Below are positions 44,004 to 57,002 of a stretch of DNA of 64,000 bases, piece by piece. Every line of letters begins with the position of its first letter. Position 1 is the stretch's first letter. Made by a program: the position numbers and the translations under genes. Source of the DNA: Podarcis tiliguerta (taxonomy: Eukaryota); assembly GCA_965153285.1 (NCBI GenBank), contig OZ229113.1; one strand, 5' to 3'. The notes under the pieces are model-generated. The model did no database searches, had not been told where the DNA came from, and saw nothing but the letters and a program-made list of their open reading frames with translations.

Positions 44004-44044
44004 GTGTGTGTGTGTGTGTGTGCGCGCGCACACACACACACACA
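44004..44044. repeat. (GT)n(GC)n(AC)n palindromic microsatellite
   Basis: Direct reading. Confidence 0.9.
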
Positions 44045-46097
44045 TATTTCTGTCATTACTTATGCTTTCGAGTTTAAACACTAAAATAAGTCTGTACAGT
44101 AATGAAGCCCTGTAGGTCATATTTACTGATAAAGAGATGGTTTCCTTTTCCACCCAGCCATATACCAACACACTCTAGTTTTCACCCCCTCTGCTGAATT
44201 CTGCATAGTGTCCAAAACCTGTAGTTTGACAATATATTCACTGGAATAAGTACATGAGCTCCTTGTCAACCTGCAGCTCAAAGATCTGTAGGATCCTTCC
44301 TGCACTGATGTTAGGCAGATGGGTAGGTGATAGGAAACCTTCTGAGGAAGTGTCACCCTCTCACAAGTTATGCTGTGTTTCTGTTTTCACTGATAACATT
44401 AGCATATTGGCCCTCTGAGATGTTTATCACCTTAAAGAGCATTCATTTTTAATAACTTCACAAAGCTAATGGCAATAAGGCATCTTGCATAGCGAGTACC
44501 CCGGCAAAAAGTATAGCGCTTCCACACACAAGTGGTAAAGCAAAATATCTTCTCTTCTCAACCATCTAGCCACATACTTTTCTAGCATGTGTGTGAGAGT
44601 AGTTCAGATCATATGCCATTTTCTATGCTGCCCATTAAGCATGGCCTAAATCTCCAGCCACAGCTCTATTTTCAGTTGATCAAAGTACAGAAAGCCCCAT
44701 AGATCAAGATTAAATAATTTGTATGAAGTCACGAGCAAGCAGTTGAAGGCAACTGCTCTTTTAATGCTTCTGAGAAGATCTGCCTAAGGCATAAGGAATG
44801 AGTGAAAAGTTCTCATCCTGAGTCCAACCTGCCCTTTCTCGCACTTACTGAGCTGCATTGTGCGGCAACAACTGCCTGAGAATGGATGTTATCCATCCAA
44901 AAAGCAATCTAATGAAAGGGAGTGCCTGGAGTGGGGAATCTGGCTCTCCAGACGTTTGAGTTCAACTCCCATCAGCCCCAGCCTGTGTGGGCAGGGCTGA
45001 TGGGAGTTGGAGTCCAACAACCTCTGGAGAGCACAGGTTCAGCTTCGCTCGTATCAAACATTGTGGTATTCACACATACTTCAGCTGCTTAAGATAATGG
45101 AAAACTGCTCAGTGAGAAAGGGAGAGGCAGTGAACCTTTTGACCATCTCTCATACTGAAGCAACTTGCAGCAGAATCCTGTGTTTACTCAAGAGTTAGTC
45201 ACATTGCTTCCAATACAGATTACTCTCAAGATAAGTGTGCACAGGATTGCAGCTCTAACTTTTAAAAATGTTGCTACCAAAAATTATTGAATGCTTTCTC
45301 ACTCAAAACCTTAAATCCTGCAATCCAAGTAACTGCCCACCCACTGGGGCCAGGATAAACAACTATTTAAGATTGACAATACATAATTAAGATTAAAACC
45401 ATGCCAAAGGGAAATTTTAGTATCAATGAGGAGCTACATTAAGCCCCTTCTTTTGAAAACTCTTGATATGTTCTCCAACCTTATAGAAATCAGTTACAGA
45501 TGAAAGGGGCAGGAAGACACAACCAGGCAGGCTCCATGTATGCAGGTTTATTTCCTAACATAAAATCTACAGGCAATTCAGTGACACTAGGCAAATAGCA
45601 AAAGCCCTTAAAATATTTATATTAGCTTTGATTTTTTTTAAAGAAAAATCACTTTAAAGATGAGAACTAGAACAAGACCCTATCACCTACCATTACTGCT
45701 TTATGAGAAAAGGGTTTTTAGTGAAGCAAAACATGGGCTGGTGATCTCATAAAAATATATATGTACATATAAAAAAATCTATTCTGCATCTGAATTTCAG
45801 AACAAGTCCTCCCAAGTAGTGCTTCTAGAACTTTCAAGTTTTAGTATATAATTTATTAATTTTCAAATGACACATTTAAATTAAATCAACTCTTCAGCTG
45901 GTACCTTCCCAGATGTCAGACTCCACTAACATAGTAACAGGCTACTTATTGAAAAGAAGCTTTCCTCTGCCGACACATAAAGCAGTAGAATGTTACAGTT
46001 TTAATATATTAGAGTGGCACCCACTGAATCATATTTGATCTATTATTACTTCAAGTTAAGTTAGAACTATATATGGCTGGAAAATAAAACAAAATAG

Positions 46098-46703
46098 TCA
46101 ACAGCATGATGAGCTAGGCTTGGGCTTCCGGTGAAGGTTTACTGTATCAGTTTGAATCAAGTGATCTGACCTATCATCAGTGGCAAGAACTCTTCGAACA
46201 GCTTCCTCAAAGGCTGCGGCAACATTAATGGCATCTTTTGCACTGGTTTCAAAGTAAGGATGGTTGCCGTTGTTCCTGCACCAGTTCTGGACTTCTTCTG
46301 TAGACACTTGCCTCTCGCTAATATCAACTTTGTTTCCCAGTATCACAAAAGGAAACGTTTCAGGCTCTTTGACATCCGCATAGTAAATGAATTCTTTCTT
46401 CCAATTGCCCAGATTCTGGAAGCTCTGAGAGTCATCTACGCTGAAAGTGAGAAGGCAGCAGTCAGAACCTCTATAGAAAGGAGTCCGCAAGCTCCTAAAA
46501 CGTTCTTGACCAGCCGTGTCCCATATCTGCATTGTGACAAAGTGCCCATCCACTTCCAGGTCTTTATTTAAAAACTCGACACCTATTGTGTGGAACAGCT
46601 CTGTGTCAAACTTGTTAGTGACGTATCTGTTCATAATCGAACTCTTGCCCACTCCTCCATCACCAAGAAGGATTACTTTAAGGAGCGTTGATTTTGCTGA
46701 CAT
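46098..46703 (-). CDS. RAB9A: Ras-related protein Rab-9A, 201 aa, single coding exon
   Basis: GDGGVGKS, WDTAGQE, NKVD and ETSAK motifs; C-terminal CC; RAB9A-type tail DRSDHLIQTDTVNLHRKPKPSSSCC; acceptor at 46741. Confidence 0.98.
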   Translation of the reverse strand: MSAKSTLLKVILLGDGGVGKSSIMNRYVTNKFDTELFHTIGVEFLNKDLEVDGHFVTMQIWDTAGQERFRSLRTPFYRGSDCCLLTFSVDDSQSFQNLGNWKKEFIYYADVKEPETFPFVILGNKVDISERQVSTEEVQNWCRNNGNHPYFETSAKDAINVAAAFEEAVRRVLATDDRSDHLIQTDTVNLHRKPKPSSSCC

Positions 46704-47438
46704 TGTTGCTTCAAGAACAGATATTTTCTTATGTCCAGTTCTGCAAAATAGAACAGATCTTGATCATACAAAGAAATTCCCACTTGTTACACAAATATCT
46801 ATTTGATATGGGATTTACTTATTTATTATAACTGGCCCTTCCTCACAAAAGAGCTGAGGCTAGCAGTATTCATAAATTCATCCATTAAAATCAGTTCAAA
46901 AATAATAGATTTAAATGCAATATAACTGTAAGCAACAATAGACAGATAAAGCTCTTCTACTATATGCTAAAGGCCTGCTGTAAATGTTAGCAATTAAATC
47001 AAGGGCACTTCAGCTGCTTTCTAAAGTTTAGTCACAAATGGTAGATTGATTTTAATTATACTAAAATCATTCAGTGAATGAGAAATTATCATGCTATACA
47101 AACTGACTGCATGCTAACAGCCAGGCTGCCAGTATAAGATCAGGCTTGCTCTCGTCTCCATCCACCCGGACGTCTTACAACCACCATGACCGCTGTTAAA
47201 CTAACTCCATCCTGCTTTTGAACTGACCTGATCCTCATGAAGCATCTCAGAAAACAGTGGTAATATGAACAGTTCCTAACATCTGTCTGAAGGGAAATTT
47301 CTGGGATTTACCAGTATTCTGCCAAGCAACCACTTCTGCCATATTTCCTGATACACCCTCCTCCCCTCGATCTTTCCTGTACTTGAAATTTTAGAAATGC
47401 AGAAGACATCTAATATTACAAGCATATGAAACACTTAC

Positions 47439-47480
47439 CAAATAAGCTACCCTTACTGTTCAGTCATTGTAATCCAACAC
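47439..47480 (-). other. RAB9A: Probable RAB9A 42-nt non-coding 5'UTR exon
   Basis: ctctcttttttacag acceptor and TTG|gtaagt donor on the - strand. Confidence 0.6.
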
Positions 47481-50400
47481 CTGTAAAAAAGAGAGACATT
47501 GTATTCACTTTTAGACACAGTAATGCCATGCACTTTAAAAAAACCTCAACAACTACTAAGGCTGTACACCAGCAAAGGTGCCTTTAGATGTAGTGTGCAA
47601 CTCTTACCAGTGGAGAGGCCTACAGACAGGAAAACACATCTCAGGAGGATCACCTAGTACACCCACAGAAAGCTCAGTAGGTGCAGGTATAACATTGGAG
47701 GTGTATCTCTGGTAGGAAAGCTTGAAAGTGGGCAGATCACAAAAACCCCTGGATCTGCAGGGATCCAAAAAGCTTTCATTCCACCAACATGCCCTATATA
47801 TCCCCTCCCATTTGTGTTTTTAGGAGGAAAACTTTTTTAAAAAGTCAAAATTAGAGAAGAACAAGAAAAGCCAAACCCCCCTGGCAGAGCAACCCAGCAG
47901 GGCTTAGGAAGTGGCAGTAGCTCGATCATAGAATATCCCCACCACCACCACACTTAAGATTACTTGGCAAATAATAAGTTATTGTGTAATCATGGTAAGC
48001 TCAACCCCCCTTTTTTTGAGGAAGTGAAACGTTCACGTGCTGCTTTTTAGAATAACTAGATGGAAAAGAGGAAGCAGAAAACCAAGGTATGCTTTCATTG
48101 TATGCTAGTAAGTTGAGGTTTGGGAGGGAAGCAGAGCAGAACAGAACAGAAAAATGTAAAGGTGCATTTTCTATAAAAAAAATAAATGTGGGAGCAGTTA
48201 TTTTAAGAATTGACTTTGGGAATATAAGTAATGCCAACTACACAGGCAACACTGAATAGCTTTGGGAGTCCAGTCACAGATACTGAGCTTTTGTGCAGGG
48301 CAAGGCAGATATGAAAAAGACTGGACATGGAGGACAGAATCACAAACTGAAGCAGTGTCTTCTTAGTATAAACCAAAAAGGTTTGAGCAAGTCTCTACAA
48401 CAGGTGGGGAAACTTTGGCCCTCCAGAAGTTGCTCAACTACAGATCCCATCATTGCTACCACTGACCATGGTTTTGGGGACTGATACAACTGGAAGACTA
48501 TATAGGAGCCCCACTCCGGCTCTACAATTTCACTTAAAGCACATGCCACACTGCAAATATGTGAATTTTAGCATAAGCATCAACAGATTTACATGTATTA
48601 GACTGTCCCCTCCAAAGTCCAGATCATATCGTATTTTGATTTGTAATGTTACTTTAATGCCATAATTTGAACTACCTGCATTTCATACATATTTAGCCAT
48701 TTAATGTTTTGTAAACCACCCTGATGTTTTTACCTTTAAGGGTAGATTTTTTTTAAATATTGCACTCTACCTTTCTGAAGAAACTAATGGTTTTCATGTT
48801 ATTCCAAGCATTTTATTCTTTATAGTCTAGTTCTTATGCCTTTTTAATGCAAGTGATTATATACCTGGAAATAAAAACACAAATCTATACATGTCTACCC
48901 AAAAGAAAGCTGTACCAAATCACAGCACTGCAGCCTCAGTTTAAAATTGTAGTACTTCTTGAGTAATCATTGACAGGATTAGGCTGTATGACAGGATTAG
49001 GCTGTTCATGTTTCAGGTCTATAGCCTTATTGCTTCTCTTATCAAACTTTGTTCAAGTAACCAGATGAAGAAGTAGTAGAAAGGCACTTTGCAGGGGTGC
49101 GGGGGTGTGAAAGGTAATTCAGTGTTGGGGGGATTTAATCCACTATATTATTTTAACCCACTATATTATTTTGCCCCAGGTAAAAAAAAAAAAAATCTAA
49201 TTACTTACAAATCACTTCAAGGGTGCTTTGTAATTTTGGCTTCTAACAATATATTCTGTAGCACCAAATTATTTGTTAAATGAGATTTACTTTAAAGGCA
49301 GTCAAAGTACTTCAGATGTTCTGTAAAGTATGTAAACAAGTATGTTTGACTACTGAAAGCTAGGGGTTAGGATTACTTTGAAATTCAGAATACCAGCTAT
49401 CAGGTGTGCTGGACTCTTTTTAAAGTGAGATCTGGGGTTTCGGTCCACTTATTTATGAATGTCTAATTTAATACCAAATAAAGCTAGAAACACGCATGAG
49501 TGTATGGGGATATTTAAAACAGTGGTGTCTGTTGGGTTTCTAAGTTCCCACTGAAGTTAAAGAGGAATTTAAGTCATACATGTGCAGGATTATAGCTTAT
49601 GTATTTTTCTTGATAGGCAAATCTGATAGCACTAATTGAAACAGTCCAGTCATGCTTCGAGAAGAAAGCTGGATTTACAGACTCCCATGGTGCAAGCCTG
49701 GTCTCTCATAGATAAGAAAATCCTATCAGAAGCATGTAACTTTACCTCATCAGATCACAAGGCCCCATTCACCATCCCCCTCTTGTCTGGATCAAGCTAT
49801 TCCAGAGGAACTTAAAAACTGAAGAGCTGTGTATTCAAGAAGCGCTAGTTAAAGGGACTAGAAAGTTAAGGCCCAATATACTACCTGTACCATATCACAA
49901 AATCCATGGCCAGCTATAAATACGCACTAGATGTGGAGAGCAAACAGCACACATTACAGGAATTTAAAGCTATTTAATCACTGACTCAGAAAATAGGACC
50001 ATAAAAATCTAAAACCAGAAGGTTTTTGTCCTTCTGGTGAAATTAAGCAAAACTTGATGCAGTCATTTACACATCAGAACCTGTTCCTCAAAGCTTCCCC
50101 AAAGGCTTAAGCATTTTTTTCAAATTATTTTATCTATAATAGCCTTTGTGCCTACTATCAGATTCCTTTTCCCTCCTCATGACTTAATTACACGAGTCAG
50201 AGCTTCCAATAAAAATATTGGTGAAATGTCTGGCACAGACCTGCTCACACTGTGGTGTTGCAGCTCCAGCCCAGTGGAATCAGTAACCAGCTGAAATTTG
50301 AAAGTGGCCCAACATCTTGATATTTAGGGGGGAAACTGGAGATGTTTTAGTTTAAGTTTTCCCACAAATGACTCAGTCATTTTATGGAATATTAATTCTA

Positions 50401-50989
50401 CAATTGTAGAATTAGGTTTAGTCTTTTTGGAGTCTCTCTCTTGTATTTTAACTCACTTTATCTTATTGTACACCACTTCAATAGCTTCTGGTTGTGAGGC
50501 AATTTCTAAATATGTAAGCTAAATTTTTAAAATATGTACAGCTGGGAAATGATGATACGGCAACCCTGCTGAAACTAGGCAGGTCTGGGTCTGGTCAGTG
50601 CCTAGAAACTCCATGGTAAGACACCTTAAGTTCCATGATGAAATGAAGGTGGGATAAAAGTGTACTAAACAAAATACTAATTCTATCCGCAAATGAATAC
50701 TGCAGACACTCATAAACAGTCTTTAAGCAGCAGGAATGAAGTGTCATGTGTTCAAGAAAACAAGCACCTGCAATTTCCCCACTCCTGGTTGTATGGCACA
50801 ACTTTAGCAATAGGTTTGTCGGACTCCTGACACCCCACCTCCCCCCTGCATTAGTGATTTGTGCAATTTAAAAGTGGGATCTTCCCCCACCGCAGCTTGA
50901 TCTTTTCAGAGATTTTTTTAGAAGTTGACATAAAATATTTCCCCTCCAATTTTAGATTTTAAGTTGCAGACAGGCACGGTTAGCTTAAG

Positions 50990-51085
50990 TATAAGGAAAT
51001 ACTTTTTAACTGTAGGTACAGTGAGGCAATGTACTAAGCGGCCTAGGAAAACAGTAGAATATCCTTCGCTGGCAGTTTTGGCATA
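50990..51085 (+). mobile_element. CR1 LINE 3' fragment
   Basis: Degenerate IRKYFLTVGTVRQ..RPRKTVEYPSLAVL, resembling the CR1 ORF2 C-terminus. Confidence 0.5.
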
Positions 51086-51779
51086 ACGAAGTTTATCTAC
51101 AAAGCTTCTTCACCCTAGGACAACTATGACTCTGACACAAGGAAACCAGAGCTGTTCAGTTACAGGCTCAGAAAACAGGGCTAGAGAAACTTAAGTCAGA
51201 CCATTGCGTCTTGAAGAATTTTGAAGCAGCACTCAGGGTAGTCCTTTACATACCACAAAGTTTCACCTTCATTCAAGTGGCTTTCTAACACAATCAAGAA
51301 TTACTTTTACGCAATGTTCTGGAAAAAAATGTTTTGAAACTCTTATCCTTGCTAAGGACAAACATCCTACATTTCCCTGTTCTTCCATATGACAGAAACA
51401 AGCAAAAAATTCTTAACAGTTTTAAACCAACCCACAGCAGTTATTTGCCACACAGCTAGATAGACCCAGTACTTCATCTCAATTGGCACTGGATAAGCAT
51501 AAAGCAAAAGCTCTTTGTTTTCATGCACAGGTAGGAAGAGTTTGTTCACAAAAAACCAGACAAGCTGCCAAGTAAATGGTATCATACATCATCCTCAAAT
51601 GGGAAGGTACAGGGATTTTCCACATGAAAAGCGCCAGAAAAAAATGAAGGCAGACAAAGGGGACATACATAAGAAGCGGAGCTGTCCTTTGAGCAGTCCA
51701 GTGACTTTAATCAGTTCTGAGAAACTGCCCTAGGGAGAAACTGGTCATGTGCCAGCCGATAAGTATAGAAGAGCAGCTA

Positions 51780-52820
51780 TTTCTCAAGCGAACCGCCGCC
51801 GCCTGCCTCTCCATCACGGGACCTTTAATCACGCCACCTTTTGCAAGTCAGGCAGGAAAACAGGCGGGCAGCATCAGCCGCCTGAGACCCCAGCCCCCCT
51901 CCTCCTGCTCCGAGGAAGTTTAACGAAGCACCTCTATAGGGAAAAGCCTCTCTCGTCACTGCGGAGGAAACGAGCCCATGGCGAAAGGTGCGGACCCTGA
52001 CACCACCCCACAAAACAACAACGCCCCCTCTCTAGTACCGCAGTCCTACCGCGGGCTTAAAATCAATGAAACATATATATACCCATTGCACGGCTGGGTA
52101 GCCTGAGGAAGCGATTTAAACTCGGCTTACTTACCCTGCAAAACAACCACTCTTTTGGGGGGGGGGAGTCGCTGGCTCCCTTTTTTGCGACAATGGGAAC
52201 CCCAGCCACCCAAAAGCCAAGAAGCAGAACCAGGGCAGCCCTACAGCATCCCTCCCCAGCAAGCAAGGCATGAACCGGCTGCTAGCCCAGCTTGCCCGGT
52301 CCCGTAAAGCCCCCCGTGTCCCCCCGAAAGCCAACGGAGACCGCCTTCCTCCTCCTCATCCTTTCTGCCCGCCGCCCCGAGGAAAGGGGCCCGGCGCTCC
52401 CTCGCGCCCACCTACCTACCACGAAGGCGGCGAGGAGCGAAGACGAGGCTCTCCGAGTCACCCGCAGCCGCCGTTCGCAAAGGTGCCAGGGGTGGTGGGG
52501 GAGGGGCCGCTTCGGAGGAGAAAAAAACAACATGGCGGAGGCTGCGCCACGGGGGCGGGGCCTGGCGTTCACGTGACGCCAGGGGAAGGGCAGCCGCAAC
52601 TCCGTCCGGAGCGGACGGGCTGGCTGTTGCTAGGGAGGGGCTGTTGCTAGGGAGAGAGGGGCCTCCCCCCCCCGCTTCTCACGCCCCACCCCGGGTAGAG
52701 TACCATTTCACGGGAAATGCCGCTTAGCAGCAGCCACATATTTGTCCGTAATATTGTCTGTGGCACCTGAAATGGGCTGCGCGCTTTGGGCTGCCCCTTT
52801 TTCCATAAGCTGCGGGGCTG
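51780..52820 (-). promoter_or_regulatory. CpG island, RAB9A promoter and first exon
   Basis: CpG-rich; donors GTG|gtaggt (52420) and AGG|gtaagt (52135) on - strand; YY1-like AACATGGCG 52529, GC box 52551, E-box TTCACGTGAC 52568-52577. Confidence 0.8.
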
Positions 52821-53851
52821 AAAAAAGGCCTCTCCTCTGTCTGTCCTCATGCACCTTCAGTGTTATGCAGTTGTTGGCACTGTTGACTTCCTCTCGGTTT
52901 AGATGTCAACAACTGCGGTCTTACCTGGTGCATCTCCCATCAGATCACTCATTCAAAGTTTCCCCCCAAATGTAGCTCTCAACTTTTCCCCTTTCTGGCT
53001 GCTTGCAGATGAGTGTTTATTGTGAGACTGATGTTTCCTCATGCAATATTTTTTCCTCCACTTGGCATTCACTTGGCATAGTTGCCTATCTCTATTTTTC
53101 CAGATTTTGCTTTCTGGGGATTTTTTTTTAAAAAAAAGCAACAACAACCTGTTGCCAATTACCTGTTTGCAGTATATGAATAATCTATTTACAATATTAA
53201 GCAATACTGGGGTTCCTCAAGTCTGTTTTCAAATATTCAACAAATATTTGCCCTTCACATTTACATTCAGAGCCTTGGAAGGATGCCTACAAATTGACGA
53301 TGAAAGCCTTTGTTTACCTAGTCATATTGTCCAATTGGATTCCCATCAACTGAGTTCAAGTAAATTGATTCTAGTTAGCGCAACTGAATTTGAACATTAA
53401 TTGGGAACGGGATGCAGCCTAAATGAACCCACATGGACTTAACATTTTCTTTCCTCAAATAATGACTACAAGAGGCTAGTGACCGTTTATATGCAGTAGT
53501 AAGTAAAAACACACTTTTGATTTCAGGTTCATATCTGCAAAATAGTGATAATGATGTCTAGATGGCTGAAAGGGTTTTGTGGCACCGTGGAGACTACCGA
53601 TTTATTATAGCAGAAGCTTTCATGGACTACAGACCACTTCATCAAATATATAGTGTCATCCTGTGTTGCAGGTATACACAGGGAAAGAAAGGGAAAGGGA
53701 TTGTAAGCAGTCAAGTCACAGGAAAATGAAATGCAGAAAAGTACATATGGAGAGAATTATGTGACTAACATCAGGTCAGGTTTTAAGCAGAGGTTGAATG
53801 GCCATGGCTTCTTTGGTCAAGATTCCTGCATTGCAAGGGAATGGACTAGGC

Positions 53852-54125
53852 CAGGCAACCTAAGGCCCATGGGCCACAAGCGGCCCATGGGGTCGTTTAA
53901 CTGGCCCATGGACCCCCACCGCCCACTTGGGGACCCCTGCCACCTGGTCGGTCAGCTCCTGTGCGCCGCACTAAACCGGAACTCCTGCAGCCAATGGGAA
54001 GTTGTGCATGCCTCCTCTGTGCCGGAAATAGCATTTGCATGTGCATGCATGCCCACACTCCGGCCCACTGCTGTGTCTGAGGGACCGTGAACCGGCCCAA
54101 GCCACACAAACTTTGCCAACCCCTG
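53852..54125. mobile_element. hAT MITE inserted into a CR1-tail/SINE remnant (about 53815-54167)
   Basis: 3' TIR ...AAACTTTGCCAACCCCTG; TSD GACTAGGC/GACTAGAC; the flanks rejoin as GATTCCTGCATTGCA...GGACTAGAC...GGTCCTTTCCAACTC..TATGATTCTA. Confidence 0.7.
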
Positions 54126-55212
54126 GACTAGACATCCCGGAAGGTCCTTTCCAACTCGTATGATTCTAACACTGAACATTCACACAAAAAGGTTACTGTT
54201 AACACAGATGTCCTGGCACTAGAAAACAAATTAACGGATGCAGTGTGATAATCTAATGTCTTTATTCAGTCCACAAGTCACAGCACTGAACCTCTTGATG
54301 AATTGTAATTCAGCTGTTTCATGTAATTACAATTCATCAGAAGGTTGAATGCCAGTCAGCAGGAGCGTAAGTGAGCTGTGAAGAAGAATCAGGGACAGGA
54401 CACTCAGTTCCTTTTTCTGAAGAACATAAGATGCCCTTTGCAACATCATTTGTTAGACATTTGGGACATTCACTTATGCTCCATGACATAGCATGCTAGA
54501 GAATATTAAGCAGTGCGTATTTATTTTGCTAAGATTAAGCACTGGAATAATGTTAGATGATGTGAAAAACCATAGTTCAGGACGAAAGCATATGCTTCTC
54601 GGGTGCATGGTTCAGATGGTAAGAGCAACCGTGACAAAGAAAAAACATTTAGACACATCATTGGTTAAAACACAAGGCATCTCTTCTGTTGCTTATTATA
54701 TAAGAGGAATGCAGAGCCAGCCCACCCATGAGGCAAGGTGAGATGGCAGGATCCATAGGGGCAGCATATTCCAATATAGCTCTTCATTCTTCCCTTGTTC
54801 CTGTTTATTATTTATTGGATTTCTATATCACCCTTCATCGAAGGATATCAGGGCAGTTTACAATACCAAAACACAAAAATGCATAACACAGTAACAAACA
54901 AAAACATTAAAACCCATGCATTGTTTAAAAGGCCATTGATTGTTTAATTAGTCAAAGGCCTGTTGTAGATCTTCACTCATCCCTTCTTCCCTGGTGGGAA
55001 GAGGGACACAGCATTTTGTGGGTTCACCTCAGGTGCTAAAAAGTCTAGGAAGGGGTATCCATTGGTAATATGCTGCCCTGTGCGAGGCCATTTGATGCCC
55101 TCCTCCCCAGCCTTTGCAAATGCACCACTTTCAGTACCCTAAATCCACCACGCTGGTCCTGCAAGAAAGCTTATAGCTTAACACTGTCTCCTTCCACTTT
55201 TCATTATAAGCA

Positions 55213-55581
55213 CTCTGGTGGCGCTGTGGTCTAAACCACTGAGCCTCTTGGGCTTACCGATCAGAAGGTCGGTGGTTCGAATCCCCACGATGGGGTGAGC
55301 TCCCGTTGCTTGGTCCCAGCTCCTGCCAACCTAGCAGTTCGAAAGCACACCAAAAGTGCAAGTAGATAAATAGGTACTGCTCTGGCACGAAGGTAAACGG
55401 CGTTTCCATGCGCTGCTCTGGTTTCGCCAGAAGTGTCTTAGTCATGCTAGCCACATGACTCGGAAAAACTGTCTGCGGACAAACGCCAGCTCCCTCGGCC
55501 TGTAAAGCAAGATGAGCGCTGCAACCCCAGAGTCATCTGCAACTGGACTTAACTGTGAGGGGTCCTTTACCTTTACCTTTT
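55213..55581 (+). mobile_element. Sauria SINE, near full length
   Basis: tRNA-like head GGTGGCGCTGTGG...GGTTCGAATCC, conserved core, (ACCTTT)n tail. Confidence 0.9.
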
Positions 55582-55899
55582 TTAATAAATTCACTCCTGC
55601 CTAATGGTGCAGCCAACTCTGAATGTGGAGCAAGAGCTGTAGCTATGAAATTGAGTCATCATGCTGAATCATAGCACTAACCATGCCATGCTAACCTCTT
55701 AAAATCATGGTCTCTTATTCTGGTTTGTTAGCCAGTCTAAGCCCCACAAGGAAGTGATCTGACCTCGACAATAGGTTCAAAGTACCCCCCTTCAACCTTC
55801 AAATTACAAAAAACTTGATCAGTTGAAAAACATGCACTCCAAAGTACACCCTGCTGAGTGTGTATAACAGGCTAAAATACATCCATGATTGTCACAGTG

Positions 55900-56075
55900 G
55901 TCATGAAGTAAGTCCTAAGACAGCCTCAGTGAGAATGTCGAGATCCTCCATAACAATAATTTTGGCAGTTTCCAACACCGTACTCAAAACTACTTCCGCC
56001 AATTCTAGAAGGGAAACTGAAGGACAGTGGTATGGTTGATATACCAGCAAAATCTCTAATCTGTCTCTCAGATCC
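55900..56075 (-). mobile_element. L2-type LINE endonuclease fragment
   Basis: EILLVYQPYHCPSVSLLELAEVV...IIVMEDLDI resembles the APE motif LVYRPP...LVLGDFNI. Confidence 0.6.
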
Positions 56076-57002
56076 GTCACAAAAGTACAAATGCTCAAGA
56101 TAAGAGCTTGACAATATGTAAAATAAGTGCTGTGCTGAATTTCCACACTCCGAAGTTTCAGGGCTCCTTTTGCTTTCCCCTTACACTTTTGATCTTTCCA
56201 TACCATTTTAAAGGCTTCCTTCTTTATTGCGATCCCAACCAATCCTGTAATGAACATGAAAGCACAACATAACTTTAAAACTCTGGCTACATGACAAAGC
56301 CACTCCTTTGTCCTCAGTCTGAACTGATATGAAGGGGAAGTTATATCTCCATTGTCAAGGCAACCACACCACTTTGGCAAAATACAGGATCCTTGTCATG
56401 CCACATTGCAAGGACGCCATCCCTGCTCCCAAATGCTTCTTATTCTATTTTGCATCTTTGAGCTACCACTCCATGGGGGAAAAAGCTAAGGGGTTAGGAT
56501 TTCAATTAGTGTTTCTAAAGTTCATAAAACTCCTTTCTGTATTTTGGTCCAGTATTACATAAAATGAACACAGATTTTAAAAATCAGTCTTGATAAAAGT
56601 TTTAACAAATGCTTGAAAATTATTATAGTGACATCAGTCGTAATTAAGAAGTGGGGAGTATTGAGTCATATTCTGATTTATTAATAATATTTACTATTAC
56701 AATTTATTTACCTGCCCTTCACCCTAAGGTTCCAGTTTACTTTTTACAAGAATTTATTTTTTACAACAATTAAAACACAACATTAATATTAAAACACAAT
56801 ATTACACAGTATTAAAAATAGTTTAAAGCAACTTAAACTTTGATCTCTCAAATAGCTTTATAATCATTTTACTTCATAATGCTCATCCACTTTTTATTGC
56901 ATTACAGCACTTTAAATATTCCTTATTCAGATACCAAAGCTGTACTTTGGTAATTCCATATTCATATCTCCTCTGAAGACGTAGGGATTGAAGGATGCAT
57001 AA

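Noticed and set aside
46260-46806. Antisense ORFs over RAB9A, and similarly over TCEANC and OFD1 exons
   Set aside because: Shadow ORFs of real coding sequence with no independent evidence.
50560-50615. 5S rRNA-like segment
   Set aside because: A short, heavily diverged match only; at most a relic of a 5S-derived repeat, not an rRNA gene.
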